Shown here one piece after another: positions 26,651 through 41,700 of a stretch of DNA of 64,000 bases. Positions within the stretch are counted from its first letter, which is position 1; each line of letters opens with the position of its first letter. The position numbers were made by a program, and so were the translations under genes. Origin of the DNA: Eledone cirrhosa (Eukaryota); the NCBI GenBank assembly GCA_964016885.1, contig OZ024740.1:64728001-64792000 (forward strand), in the 5' to 3' direction. Under the pieces are notes generated by a model. That model was not told the DNA's origin. It ran no database searches and worked only from the letters and a program-made list of their open reading frames with translations.

Positions 26651-29600
26651 CTACGGTAAATATAATATCGTTGTGAACAAATTCACTGTAATCAACAACA
26701 AATTATATGATGCTTAACCACCCGATTGCATGTACTAAGAAAATACCCCCATCCATGTAGCACCGTTGTCCGGCTGGCTCTGCATAGAGGTGGTTCTAAT
26801 TTAAAATAGAAATGCAGATTTACAGATTCATCTTTATAAATCAATTGAATTCAATAATTTCCTTTCTAATGAAGGCAAAGAAAACATTGTCCTTGATTTT
26901 GTTTTACTGTAGCGACAACTACAAAGAAAAATCATTTTTCTCCTTTGCTGAATTTTTAAGGATGAAACAATCACCATTCAGCAATATTAACGCTGTTTTG
27001 GACGTTAACAGTTGTACTTACTACAACTGTCTGTCGCTAATTTCTTCGTTCTATACTGGATTACCTTATAAACCTTAACAATAGTCCAAATATACATTAT
27101 TGTATTTTATTCGTGTCTTGAAAAATCCAAAATAAACTGCATCGGTTAACAATAGAAAATACATTCACCTATATGGTATAAGTTTCTACCTATATATATT
27201 AAATATTTCTTTAAAAAAATATTTTTTGAGGTTAACAATCTCTCTGTCAATTACTATTTTTATTTATAGTGCTTGAGAAAAAAAAAACACTATTAAGACG
27301 ATTACATTCTCCATGATTTTTTCTCCTAAGGAAAATTGCATTAACTTAGTGTACTTATCAAATTAAAATCTACATACAAATTCTTTAACTTTCATTGAAA
27401 TTTAACATACTTCTTTTGTGAATAACTTTTATTACTATATTATCGATCGCAACTGTCTGCATTCTTGGATTCAATCATTCCTCTCTCAAAAAGACATATA
27501 CTTACAAATGTTATAACATTTTTTCTTACTAAAATATGTAAAAGAGAAAAATGTGCTGAACAATGAATACTACTCAAAGTTTTAATGGAGACATATATGT
27601 TAAAGAGAAAAATGACGAGTATTGTAATTTAATTCGAAATCGAAAGATAGTTAAGATTAGGTTATCTAAAATGTATAATTAAAGAGAAATTAGTAATTCA
27701 AAGGGAAGCTGTTAAATTAAAATGAAGTATATATGTAATATTCTTTTTTCAGATGTGAAAATATTTTTCAATTTTAAAATATGGTAGCGCAGTTGCAGTA
27801 AATATTTCGTTTCTAAGACTTTGTTATTTCACCCACATACATTTCCCCCCTCATGTCATTCTGTAATGTGTAGATGCATAACTGAAGATATAGTCTTTAT
27901 AGGTTTCAATCATGTATGTGAATTAAGGAATACTGATAAGTAAAGGATAAAAAATCAACATTCTAATTGACTATTTAATATAGGGAAAAATATTACTCTA
28001 CCTATTTCCAGCCATGTGATTTGGAATTGTTTTGCCCCCAAATTATTTGGCCTTTAACACATTAAGAAGCCGGAAACAGCATGCCTAATTGCATCATCTG
28101 TCTTCACGAATATATATACTTCTTAAATGTTTTCTGTAATTTGAGTCATTATCATCTAACTTTTGTTATTGTTTTGAATACGCAATCTTCTCTAGAATTT
28201 TGATGGGAATATTAGGTTAATATAAATAGAGGTTTCATATAGAGGTTTTAAATGCCTAGTGGTTGAATAGTCAGGATTTGAAGGGATAATATATAATCTA
28301 TATTATCGGAATTTGAAACGGATAAGTAAAAAAGTAAAATTAACTTGATTCAATGCAGAACGCTGGTTGCAAAAAAAAAAAACAGAAAAAAAAACAAAAG
28401 ACGAATTCTAGATAATGATTCACTTCTAAAGGATGCAAAAAATGTATCTATATGGATATTATAAAAGTATATGAACTAATAAACGTTTACTCGTATCAGT
28501 ACGCATTTCGTAGATACGTATAAAGAGTCCTCTTAAAGGAGTTAAAATGCAAGCACGTAAACTGTTGGGTAGAAGACATCTGCTTGACCGGTAACACAGG
28601 TATAAACTTTGGATATACACAGCATCCTGTCAATATATTTCAAATGAGGTGGATTGTTATGCCAATTATCCTACATATATTTTGTTGTTTTACTTTGTTC
28701 AACGGGTAACGGGATTTTGAAGAATTCCACATCCTTCTGAAATATACATCAACGATATATATACACATACAATTTTACGTGCAGAAAATTTCACTCACAG
28801 TATGTAAGTCAACTGGAGGCTATTAAGGAAAGATTTTACCTAACGTTAACCAGCGTATGATGAAAATTGGTAAAATTCGTAAATATTACAAATAACTGCG
28901 CTGTTTCACTCAATAAGAGGTCACGCTGGCAGTAAATTTTGAATAAGTCCGAGTATATTACAATACGGGTCACCGTATGTCATCCCTAAATAGCTAATCA
29001 AATCTATATTGGCACAAGGAACAAAATATTTAATCACGAAAAATCAATGGCACTTTAAGTATTTAATCCGAGTTAAATAGAGAAGAAAAATGTTGTTTAG
29101 ATATACAATGGTAAGTTATATAAGTGAGGTGAATTGAACGAAAACAAAGATATGTGGGTGAGATGTCGGACTCGCCTTCACGCGTTTCCAGTTCTAATCC
29201 CAGGGCATAATCCTAGGGCATAATGTTGTCGTCCTCCATATTCTCAAGTTAACAAATGCCTTGCCTGAGAAATTTGGTCGACAATATATAGTTTGAGTGC
29301 TGCAAACCTGCCACATATGTTTAGCTCAAACATTGCTAGAACACAAGGATATCTTAGCTTGTCTGATATGTGTGGCTTTCTTTTTACGGAAGCTTGCCTG
29401 TTATGGCTAAATATCCCGCCATAGCTCCTCGCCTAAAACCATCCTTCAAGTCACCATCAAGGGAGGGTGACGATTAGGTAGAGAAAGACTAGAATGTTCA
29501 TAACATCAAAACCCTTCTACACATGACGGAGAGTAGAGACTAATGGAGATGACGACTGACTGAAAAATTGTCTAGAGTGGCATACCAACGACTGGCTGCG

Positions 29601-30350
29601 CCACTTGCGGTAACATGATGATGATATATATATTTACACATATAAATACACACATAAAAGCGTACATACCAGTATATGAACACGAAAATTATGTTTGTGT
29701 GTGAATATGCTGGTGCTTTTCGTCGATGTATAACGATAATGTACAGAATGATCCTGGGAAATAGAAATGTTAAAGAATACAAGGGAAATATGTTACAGAG
29801 TGTGTTTAACTCGAGAGAAGCTTTTTGCGGATGGCATTCTCAGTTCCTATCACATAAAATAGAGAAATAGTTCAGAATGGGTTTGACAGGCAAGCTATTG
29901 GAAAGAGGTTATTACTTTTTCAGCTTGCGATATTACGGAAGAGCAAATCCTTGCATTTCATAGTTATTGATTAACTTGTTCATGCAACAAGCGGGGGAAC
30001 ACAAAAGAAATATCTATCTTGTCTGTTATTTAAGTCAGATTTCTCAAAATACAATACTTTCAGACTTTAATTTTCTATACAGCCGATCATTAGAATGAAT
30101 TAGAAAGTATATCATTTTCTTTTGTATATAGCATTTAACATATGGTATACTATCTATCTCAGACAATCACATATATGTTCACCTTTGGAAAATCGATCGC
30201 CAAAGCGTATTAAAGCATAGTTGGGAATTTAAATAATACTTTTGATATATATAACTTCCTCTCTCCCAGCACTCATCCTTCTTAACAAACAGGCACACAC
30301 GTATATATGCGCATATATCAATTTATACGCATACACGCACACATAGATTT

Positions 30351-30745
<395 letters not shown>

Positions 30746-31569
30746 ATGCATAAACACGTAAGTAGAAAACTTGAAGAATAGATATTAGATAATAGAAACA
30801 CAATCCCAAAGTAGTCAGTAATGTTAATAAGAAAGGAACTAATAGAAATAACCCAACACAACGGAAAGTTAAAAATTATGTGTGCCAGCTTCGTTCTTTC
30901 TGTGATGCAAATGAGATGTGCCTACGTCATATCTATCGACTAACAGATCATTTATGAGCAAGACTTTATTTGTATCCGACAGCTATCTGTGTGAAAGGAC
31001 TCTCCACCAACGCAATGATAAGCATAACTTATAATGGTTTCCATTTGTCACTTTAGCAATGGTAGGAAACCGTTATCTTTGATGGAATCTTGATAGAATA
31101 TAAATGTATTGACGGCCAAGAACTTATGAAACTTTCCAAAATAATGGCTTTCGGTGAATCGTTTGGCTCGCATAGATATTAAAGTTATACAAAAGCAGTC
31201 AAGAAACTAAGTCTGTTGATCTACATTTCGGGCACACGCACGCACACTCCCTACTACCTCACACATACACTCACACACCTATGTGTGTGTAGCGTGTGAT
31301 TTTTGAGTGTCTGTTTGTGGTTTTGTGAGATTATATATAAGTAAGAGATGCTTATTCATAAAGTTTATATTATTATTAACATTATCTATATTAACGTTTT
31401 ACATTAGCATATGGTTATGTATTTTAAGGGGAGAATATAATTGAAAGAAAAATCACTAAAACATTGTTTATGTTTAGTCGACCACATATGTTCATAATGT
31501 AAAGTGATCATGAAAGAATTTGAACCGGGGTCGTAAGCTGACAAAAATGTTACACGTGACATTAATTTC

Positions 31570-31725
31570 ATTTCTATTAGGGGCACAAGGCCAGCAGTTT
31601 GAAGTGGAAAGACGATCAAATTGATCCCGTAAGATGAAAAGCAACGCTAGCCTCGGTGGGATTTGAATGTATAGGGCCATAACTCTATGCTGCAAAGCAT
31701 GGTATCTGACACTCTACCGATTCTA
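31570..31725 (-). mobile_element. Degenerate SINE copy
   Basis: GGCACAAGGCCAGCAG..CCCGTAAGATGAAAAGCAA..CCTCGGTGGGATTTGAA..CTCTACCGAT. Confidence 0.7.
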
Positions 31726-32781
31726 TACAAGACTTTAATATAACTATATATGTAATTCATATGTTAAAAAGAAAGTTGTTTGTTGGAATATGAAAACTTT
31801 ATAGCGAAAATGATGTGGCTAACAATTCTAATCACTGAATGTGGCATTTATATAAAGGAAACATAAAAAAGGAGCCGAACGTAAATTAAAAGTGCAACAT
31901 CTGCCATAACTATGTAATAACAATGAATTCATGAGTGAATTCATGATTTAGATCTTCAGGCAAGCTTCTGAGGGGGGCACCAATACTCTGCAGTTCACTA
32001 AGATTATGTAGTTGATTAACACATCAAAGTCTATCCGTTTATATTTCTAGTAAATGTAATAATAGTCATAACTAGGTGACAATGTTAAATAAACGTTGGC
32101 ATAATGTCAACTTTCTGAAGATATCCAAATTTGAGATTTTCTCGTCACATAATTTTAAACATACCTACGAGGTCGCCCATAGATGCTATTATACGAAAAC
32201 ATATTTAATCTACTGCAATTATTTGAATCCGAAGTGAATATAAACAATATTTGTCCTAGGTTACATTAGTGCGTAGATAAAGACGTATATTGGCAAACAA
32301 AATACTATATATGTATAAATGCACAGTAGAAACATACGCCATCAAAATTGCTGAAGTTTAACTTTAATAATGTGCAATCTATAAAGAAATTCTCATGATT
32401 GGCAACAAAATCCATTAGAACCTTCAGGCTGATATAAATTCGAAGGGTTTTTACTACACTGTTCTAAAATATTTAATGATATTGTTAGATAAAATCACAG
32501 CATATTCGCTGGGTAAAAAAGGAAGGACATATTCATAAAATGTAGTTTGAGACCCACAAACGTATGAGAGAGTCAGCGCTAATACCGTGAGGTCTAATTT
32601 ACGGTAAATTATCAACAAGAATATCGGCAAGTACTTTTGTTTACGCTGATTTATACAATTTCTCGTCATTTTATGATAAAATTTCAAAACGAACCCATCA
32701 CACCATGTATGTATTGCACACATATATCCCCCGACTCTCTCATTCTTTCTCTCCCTGTCTCTCTTTTCTACCCCCTCTCTC

Positions 32782-32832
<51 letters not shown>

Positions 32833-33414
32833 GTATATATATGGCATACACCCGTTGTACATACGGATCTTTACCATCCACACACGCACCAACCTCCATT
32901 CAGAAACTTAGACACACACTAACACTTGCACCATTTCTGCACACATGCAACTACGCTCTTCACACGAACCCACATCCCCTTGTCTTAACCACACAAACGC
33001 AAACACTTTCACATCTTCACATAAACCCAAACATCACCCCATACCGCCTTCGGATTTGTCACGATCTCGTCTCATCCCACCCGTCCCCCTCCATCCAGAC
33101 ACACATACATACAAATACACACCTACACCCATACAGGGACTAAACACGCACGAACATACACTCTACCTCAACACACACACACAATGGATTTTCAAAACCC
33201 ACATTCACATACTCTCGCTTCCTCCCAGACCCTCACACTTACATCCACACATACACACAAACACTTACATATACACATACACTTCACCTTACCTTCCGCC
33301 ATCCCCGCTCAGACTCTAATTTTCTTGCTGCAACCGATAGATAGTATTAGCAATTGGAAAGACCAATGAAACATTGATTCCTCGGTCCGATTTGACAAAT
33401 GTCAATCGACTCCT

Positions 33415-33418
<4 letters not shown>

Positions 33419-33483
<65 letters not shown>
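33419..33483. repeat. (GA)n microsatellite
   Basis: Direct reading. Confidence 0.97.
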
Positions 33484-33486
<3 letters not shown>

Positions 33487-33549
33487 AAACTATAATAAAG
33501 TAAGGAGTGCGAGACTGCGTCCAGAATCTATTTTTTTTATCCCGTTTGA

Positions 33550-33750
33550 ATAAATAATTCTTTCTACTTTAGGCACAAGGCCAGCAATTACACAGTGCAT
33601 TACTGGTACTTTAATAAATAATGAATGAATAAATAATTGTTTCTACTTTAGTCACAAGGCCAGCAATTACCCAGTACATTACTGGTACTTTATTTTATCG
33701 ATCCCGTAAGGATGAAAGGCAAAGTTAACCTCGGCGGGATTTGAACTCAC
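33550..33750 (-). mobile_element. Two truncated SINE fragments in tandem
   Basis: 3' SINE segments at ~33555-33612 and ~33636-33748, separated and flanked by AATAAATAATGAATGAAT. Confidence 0.8.
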
Positions 33751-34388
33751 TGAATAAATAATGAATGAATATTACATAATTTATCTACTAAATTTCGTTA
33801 TTCTTGATTAAATATAGATAACTGTGTTGCTTATTTTAAGATTCACTTCTTTAAAAATGTTCAAATGTCAACACTTCCGCTTAGCGATCGCTTAAATAAA
33901 CATTCATATATTTCCGTCACTAATTTTCTCCTAATGCAGTTTATATATAATATCGTCTTTGTTTAATGGATTACGTTACTGATTACATAAGACAGTGTAA
34001 CGCAGTCTTCGTTCAATTTCTGTGTATATTGTCAATTACGATTTAATTGATGTATCATATCTACATGCATATATACTTACGTATAATCTCAACATACACA
34101 CTACACATACTAGCAGAAAACCACCCGAGTGTGGTTTTTCTGCTAGTATATATATATTATATATATATATATATATTAAATATATCTATAAGTAGTGTAG
34201 TTAATACGAAACATTATCATATATGTAATAAATGACTGATTAGTTTCAAAAAGCCGCTACAATGCGGTAGAAACATACAAGGGGCAAAGGAAGGCACAGG
34301 AAACCAAACAAAGTGAACATTTTCTCAGTACATTTCAAAATGATATTTCAAAGCTATTACCATCTTTTCAAATGTGAAACAGAAACGG

Positions 34389-34900
34389 TTAAAAAAACAT
34401 AAATGAATGATGACATAAATGAATGATGACATAATAGACGCTCGTTCTTACATGCTCCCTGATCCGTATGTGCAACATCTGGACTGTACTTCCGATGTAC
34501 GAGAAACTACAATCTTTATATGTGACCTTATAGGTGACATACCCTCCCATGCACAATTTTGCGCTGTTGTTGGGACAATTATATAATGTGCACATATCAT
34601 TGATTTGCAAAATTATGTAATATTCGGGGTCCGTTTGCTATCGATATATAACCAACTCATCAGACTGACCTCGAATCAAATCAGTTCACTATTTTCTATT
34701 TTCTGTCTTCTATTTCTATCATCTCCTATTTTTTATTCTATGGTTGGGTTCAACGTAACGCTGTTACGTAATTCTGTACCCCTGATGAACTCACATACTC
34801 TTTCATTGTAATCGTATGATAAATATGGACCATCGAAATATGTATAGTGGTTCACGAAATTAAAATTCTAAAGTAAATTATCCAGTTCGGCCTTCTGTTG
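34389..34900 (-). pseudogene. Degraded PLE GIY-YIG endonuclease relic
   Basis: ORF 34389..34610 reads CTLYNCP....LC..YVTYKVT..DC..SYIGST..LHIRIREH, a GIY-YIG with linker cysteines. The upstream extent is approximate. Confidence 0.75.
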
Positions 34901-35053
34901 TTGTTTTGATGAATAATTTACTCCATTCTTGCACTAGCCACTGGATGCCACATCTGCAATGGATGATTTAGACAACGTTGAGTGCTTTAGTTGCCCATTA
35001 TTTACCAACAACGAACTGCCGGTTCTCCTCATTGGCAACCAACCTGACATAAA

Positions 35054-35089
<36 letters not shown>

Positions 35090-35129
35090 AAAAAAAACGA
35101 AAAATAAGTGATGCATCTGGACTCAGTTT

Positions 35130-35230
35130 ATTGCGTGTTACAATTGTTTCGCCGGCAGGTAACTCGAGACATGATCACTGTATGGATCTGGCTGATTCTA
35201 CAGCTGCGGGTTCCTTCGGACACATGCAAT
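35130..35230 (-). ncRNA. Degenerate hammerhead-like motif at the end of a CA-rich tract (probable PLE 3' UTR relic, ~35100-36550)
   Basis: GUGU-CCGAAGGA-..CCGCAG...CUGCCGGC-GAAA-CAAUUG-UA/ACAC; core is mutated. Confidence 0.45.
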
Positions 35231-36645
35231 TCTTACGGAGCAAATTTTCCCACTGGCGTGTTATGGTCAAACAACATTTATATATACATATATATATTGT
35301 ATACTATATTATTATTTTATTGCATATTGTATATTGTATAATTATTTTACGGTTTTGTTTATATATGAATATGTGTGTGTAAGCACATATGCATATGTAC
35401 ATGTGTGTGCATGTGGGTGTCCGTGTGCGTATGGGTATATATATATATATGTGTGTTTATATATATGTATGTATATATATATATGTGGGTATGTGTATGC
35501 ATGTAGAGTCTTATACATATGTGTCTGTATGTGTGTGTATGTATTCATGTGTATGTATGTGTATATTGTATGTATGTCTATGTATATACATATATATATA
35601 TATGTCTGTATATAAGGATATGCGTAGGTATATGTGTGTGCGTATGTGTGTATATGTGTATGTTTGTGTGTGTGTGTGTGTACACATATAGACATATGTG
35701 TGTATAAGTATGTATGTGTATGTGTGTATATACATGTATGTGTGGATATGTGTGTGCGTTGCATATATGTATATGTGTATACGTGTGTGTCTGCATGCGT
35801 GTGTATATGTGTGTGTGTGGGTGCGAACTTGCATTAGACATGGTTTGTGTATATGTTTATATGCGGGTACATGTTCTTGTGTGTAGATATATGTGTAGGT
35901 GTGTGTATGTGTATGTGTGCTTATGTCTTTGGAAGTGTGTCTGTCCCTGATGCCTATCCATAGCGATATTCGTGTACGTCCGTGTGTGTACCTATGTATG
36001 TGTATGAGAGTGTTTGTGTATATATGTGCAGATGTGCCTGAACGCCGATATGTGTCTTTGTATGCGTGTGCGTGTGTGTCTACGCGTGTGTGCGGGTATG
36101 CGTGCGTGTGAGACCGGATGTAAGGGGCTCTTAGGCAGGCGCCATTAGGCAGGTTGGGGTCGGTATATGGGTGTGGGTGTGCTTGGGTATGTGTAAGAGA
36201 GGGAGAGTGTGTGTGTGTGTATATGTGCATGGGTATGTGTGACTACACATGTATGCGTACATATGTGTATGCATGCATGTGTGTGTGTCTGCGCGTGTGT
36301 ATGTGTGTGTGTGTATACGTGGGTACATACTCGGGAGTGTGAGAAGACGTGTGAGATACCAAACCCAGCATGGCTCCATTGAAGTGTGTCGGACTAAAAA
36401 TGGCTGATGACCAGTGTAGCAGTAAATAGTGACCAGAACGTATGATGACGTAGAAAAACAACAGCCAATGGCATGGCAATAGTGGAAGATGTTTTTTGAA
36501 GGTGTCTTTCTTACCACTTCGTCAAAGTGCGGTTATTGACAAAGGGAGAGGAACAATTCTTTTAAAAAGAGTTTTATAATGTTTATAAAATTAGAATTTT
36601 GTTTCTCGCTCTAGGACAACTGATACATAAATGTAATTATGCACA

Positions 36646-36739
<94 letters not shown>

Positions 36740-36974
36740 TCAATATAAACATATCAATATATTTATATATGTATGTATAGTATATTTGGTAATATACTGT
36801 ATGTTTAATTAAAAATATTTTGAAGACCATTAGCTATTATTTTAAAGTGGTGACTATGTCACTTACTTCTCTTCTTTCAGCAAAGGAAGGGAGAGAAGCT
36901 GACAGATCTGATTCACACTGTTGGGATCCCCAGAGCAACGTACTCGCCGACATCTGCTGAAAATTATAGAGGCT

Positions 36975-37045
36975 GGACTCTTATAGAATTCCAGTAATAA
37001 TCAGGAACTGATTATACAGAGCGATTGCCGGTCCAGCAAAAATTA
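36975..37045 (-). repeat. Diverged relic related to the 310-bp unit
   Basis: Minus strand TTTTGCTGGACCGGCAATCGCTCT..CAGTTCCTG..ATTCTATAAG matches 2388-2452. Confidence 0.7.
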
Positions 37046-40000
37046 TATATATATATATATTCAAATACATATGTACGTATGGGATATATCGAACATTAAT
37101 AATATTGTTCGATTCATTTATGAACAAACATTAAAAATAACATTGGGATTTTATTTCTCGCCCTAGCACAGCTGATACATAAATGTAAGTATTCACACGT
37201 TCAGACATACATATATACATATATTTATGTACGTATAGGTTATATCAAACATTAATAATAATGTTCGATTAATTTAAGACGCAAATTATTTCATGTTTGT
37301 AGGTATTTATTTAATTAGACAGTTTGTAAGTATCTCTCTTATGGCACTCGCATATGGAATGAGTTAGCAGATACTAACATCTGATCAATATGTGAAATCT
37401 ATTTTTGTCGTACAGTTAACCCCCGTTCCCAAGATATTTCACTTTCTTAATGGAAGAGAAAGAAACTCCAACAGAAGAAATCTAGGCTAAAAATGAATAT
37501 ATACGCTTTCCTTGTGGGGAATGTGGTGGTCAGCATTCTATAAACACTGTTGAAAGTAGGAGAGGCATGGTTTTAAAATTCTCTTCTCAATTAACTCATT
37601 TTAACCTTCTGTACGCTTTGATCCACATTCAGATGAATAATATTATTATTTAGCTTTTCACATTGTAGCAGCTGTAATGATTCTAATGTCGTACAATAGT
37701 TTTGTGGAAACCAACAATCTTAAATTTTTTTTCATTAACAATTTAACAGTTCTGTATATAAACTTGCTCATAACCTCAAATTTATACTTATAACCCCAGT
37801 ATCTAATCATAAAAATCGTTCTTTTCCGTAGTGCAGAACTTTTCTTACGAAATGCATATTTATTAGTTTGTTTTCTGAGTTACTTCAAATATGTCCGCTT
37901 TAACCTAACTGCGATTTATTTGCGTCTACAAGTAATAAATGGTAGAAGTCATATAGCAATTGGACAATTGGGTCAAGTTAGGTTGTCTACTCCATTACAC
38001 CTTCCACTGAATGTCGAAAATATTGAAATATGATTTGATTCATGACTAATATTACACTTGCATGCATCAGAAATTCTACAAGATGCAAATTCTAGGAATT
38101 TACGAAGCGAAGTAATATATGAAAGTAACTTTATGGTCAGCGATTATTTCAGGCGAGAAATTAACTTACACGATAAATAAGCTTAACATTCATATAGAAC
38201 ATTTCACTGCAGAGAATAAACGAGGCGTGGTTAAGAAATATTGCGTGTGCGCGTGTGTAATAGAATATGACAGGAGACGAGAATGTGTTTACATAACAAA
38301 AACCTTTATGTATGTGCAACATGTTGACCTTTTCGGTATTTAGAACAATTGATTCTTTCAGTGCATTTGATTATCATCGGCAACTTCAAATGTCGAAGCC
38401 TCTTGTTTGTTAATCATAGTTCAGATTTCAAAGCACAATGTAAACAAACAGATGAACGTGTCAGAAAAATATTTTCTGAATGTAAAATTTATTTTAGTGC
38501 TAGATATATACGTTCTGGCTAACCGTTTAGTAATAGCGTTCTCTTTATTTGGACAGAAACTGCTCTTCTGACAGCCGAGGTGTTTTATTTGCCGAGGTTG
38601 GTAATTTGAAAATAATTGGTGGCGTGATGGCTGTCCTTTCTGAAACGACATTGTTATGCCTCAACTCGCAATGGCAAATGTTTGTTGACCTGTAGTACGT
38701 TCTGTGATGGTGGTTTCTGATGTCGGTGAGGGTGATTAGCTGGTGCTCTTCAAAGAAATAACGGCAAAAACACACCTTTTGTTTATCAATTAAAATGAGC
38801 GTTTTATTGTTAAAAGTAGAACAAAAAGGGGTTTGTTCCTCTAACGTTCCTTCACTGCTTGTTTAAAATGTGCTTAAGAGACGGAGACTTTTGTCAGTAA
38901 TATTTGGTGGCCAGAAAAATAGCGTACATTCGATTTCTAGAAAGAAATGATCACTTACAATATATTGAGGGAAAGATACATCCACCATAAACCGTCATGG
39001 CGGGATTTACAAATCGGGAATTATAAACCATGTTTATTTCAGTTTATTCGTGTAACATATTTTGATTTATGTGTTTACCAATGCAGAACAAATGTATACA
39101 CTGTCCGCATTTTCTGTCCTTGTAGCTCACTGAAAGCACAAATCATTTTACAAATTTCCCCTCTATTATACACTTCTTGTAAGTGAAATCAGATATTAAT
39201 TTATGAAATATTTTCTTTTAGATCGCATTATATCTCATGTTAGGGACTAACACGACAACAACATTTCCACTTCAACTGACAACAATGATAGTAAAAATAA
39301 ATTAAAATCAAATAATGCCATAAAAAAACTAAGAAACTTGGAACCCTCTAGCTTAGACTAATTTATCGAAGCCATTTCAATTAGTGTATTATCATATAAA
39401 ATCGATGTATACATTAACTTCCACTATCATTTAAAATATTCCCTGTTTACGTCTTATGTTGCTGAAGTACAATTTGGAGGCCAGTATATATGTTGTTTAC
39501 CGGCTTTTTTGATAGGATATAAAAGGAAAATAACAAAAAAATAGAAAACATAGAGTGGAGCTGATATAATGAACTACTTTAAGTTGTTAAGTGGTTACAT
39601 GAATAAAGATGTCGCAACAGCGACCTAAAGTAACTAGAGTGCGATCACATTTGTTTGGCAATCATCTATCTCATTTCGATGTGTCAACCAAAAAGGCAAA
39701 ATTCAGTGACTCGTGTATATTCTCAGTCGATTTAATAAATCGATGATTATTTTTTGTTAATCTCCTAATCATTTAGAAGCCAATGCATAGAGAACTAGAC
39801 CAATAATTGGCAGTTTCATGTTGAATATGTGTAGCTATTTAAATTGCGATATAAACAGTATTCAAAAGAGTTAAAATGAAGAAAGGAAGTAGATTATTTT
39901 GCAAGCTTTTTCATAAAAATTAGCATTTGACTTGCATTTTTGATTTAGTTAAAGATTAAAGACATATTTTTCCTCGTCAAACATTGATTTAACTTTTGTA

Positions 40001-41483
40001 AAAGCAAAGCCAAAACTAGGAATTGAATTAGCAAGAACGAAATGTGACCTAAAATATTAGTAAACGAAATATCTAAAACAGAACATCTATGCAATAAAAC
40101 AAATTGGTTATAAAATAGAAAAATAAGGTATATAAAATTAATAAGTGAATATCTTTTCACACTCTTGAACTCCTGGTTTCCATCATGTGCCCCTACTAGA
40201 CTGATGCTTACACAGGGGGTTAAAAGCGAATAATGTATGACGGTTGTGAAGGATATACATATATTTGAAGGATATACATTTCACGACCAAAGATAGGCAG
40301 TTTTAATAGAAAGATTCTCATTACATGCCTGTAATAAACCGAAACGCAGCTTCGTTTTGTAAATATATCGCGCGATGCAGTAACTTTGCCACGACTATAG
40401 ACCTTTGAGAAATACAAAAGGACGAGTTTCGCTGGTTACTGCTAATATGTCACTTACAAGTCGGGGTTGAGCGGATATTTGGTCAATAGATAGAGTTAAC
40501 TTATAGGGGAACTGACAACATTAGAGAACTGCCAACCGGATTGCAATCATGCAGTGGATGGACTAATTGATTAATTAGCATCAATGCATTTACCCCCGAA
40601 AACATTACCAGATTCTTAAGAATTTTTAATGTTTCCTACATTACGACCGGTCAGTTACTGGTATTTACCTTTTATTGTATGTCACACTGAACAAGGTGTC
40701 AAGTACCCAGCAATATAACAGGCCTGTTGTTTGACGATGCAAACTGAAAGAATAAAAGGAATACTATCGAAGGTTTGCCCCTGGGATGACAAAACACTCA
40801 GCATTAGACTTAAAGGCATTAATATTAAATCACTTTGGGAAACAAGTAGAATAAAGAGTGTTCTGTAGAAACGCATCTTAGACTAGCGGAAAGCTTCTAT
40901 ATACTGCAAATCCACGGATGCAATTAATGTCTCGGTAATCTTACTTACCCCTACACATAACTTAATCTAACATGTTCTTAATCTAACAAGTATTTGCTAG
41001 CGATGGTTATGTAATAAAGACTGATTTTGAATCTAGGGAGATACCCCCACAACCATTCATTACAAATTGATATCACTATAAGGTGTAGACGTTAACTCTC
41101 AAGAGATTCAATACACATATATACGTAGGGACGAAATCATTTTTCGCATCAATGGTATTAAAATTACTAACCAGCAAGGGTCAATCGGGGAATATTTACG
41201 TGGTCGTTAAAGCTGCTAAATATAACAACCAAGTTTCCCTCAAACCAAGATCTGCAGTCTTCATTGCAAGGGCATATTGGAAAATATAGTCTGTTATATA
41301 CAAAATTAAACATAAACCAAAACCAACAGTTGAAATACGTTAATATACACTGTATGATGCTTATATATGCATGTATATTCTTTTTTTATGTATGCATTTG
41401 GCTTCTATGACTCTAGTACTATGTTATTAAGTTCATTTAAAATTGTTGTACAAACCTCTATTGTGCTAACAATGTTATTTCAA

Positions 41484-41700
41484 CGGTGGATTAGCAGTAT
41501 CGGTAGAAAGTCGGACGCCATGCTTTGGAGCATAGAGTTACGGCCCTTTATGATCTGAGTTCAAATCCCGCCGAGGTTAACTTGGCCTTTCATCCATACG
41601 CGGTCGATAAAATAAAGTACCAGTCACGCACTAGGGTCGATTTAATCACCTTTCCCCTCCCCCAAAATGGCAGGCCTTGTGCCTATATAAGAAACTATTA
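41484..41700 (+). mobile_element. tRNA-derived SINE
   Basis: Full head, GAGTTCAAATCCCGCCGAGG, central domain and GGCCTTGTGCCTA tail. Confidence 0.88.

Noticed and set aside
28670-28745. Terminal coding exon KDVEFFKIPLPVEQSKTTKYM* on the minus strand
   Set aside because: Short, only a modest acceptor, no linkable upstream exon or homology.
36393-36450. CTGATGA as a hammerhead or C/D snoRNA box
   Set aside because: No stem II/GAAA arrangement or terminal stem could be built.
38421-38775. Two overlapping 76-aa minus-strand ORFs as host exons
   Set aside because: No recognisable motif and no convincing splice pair; the length is expected by chance.
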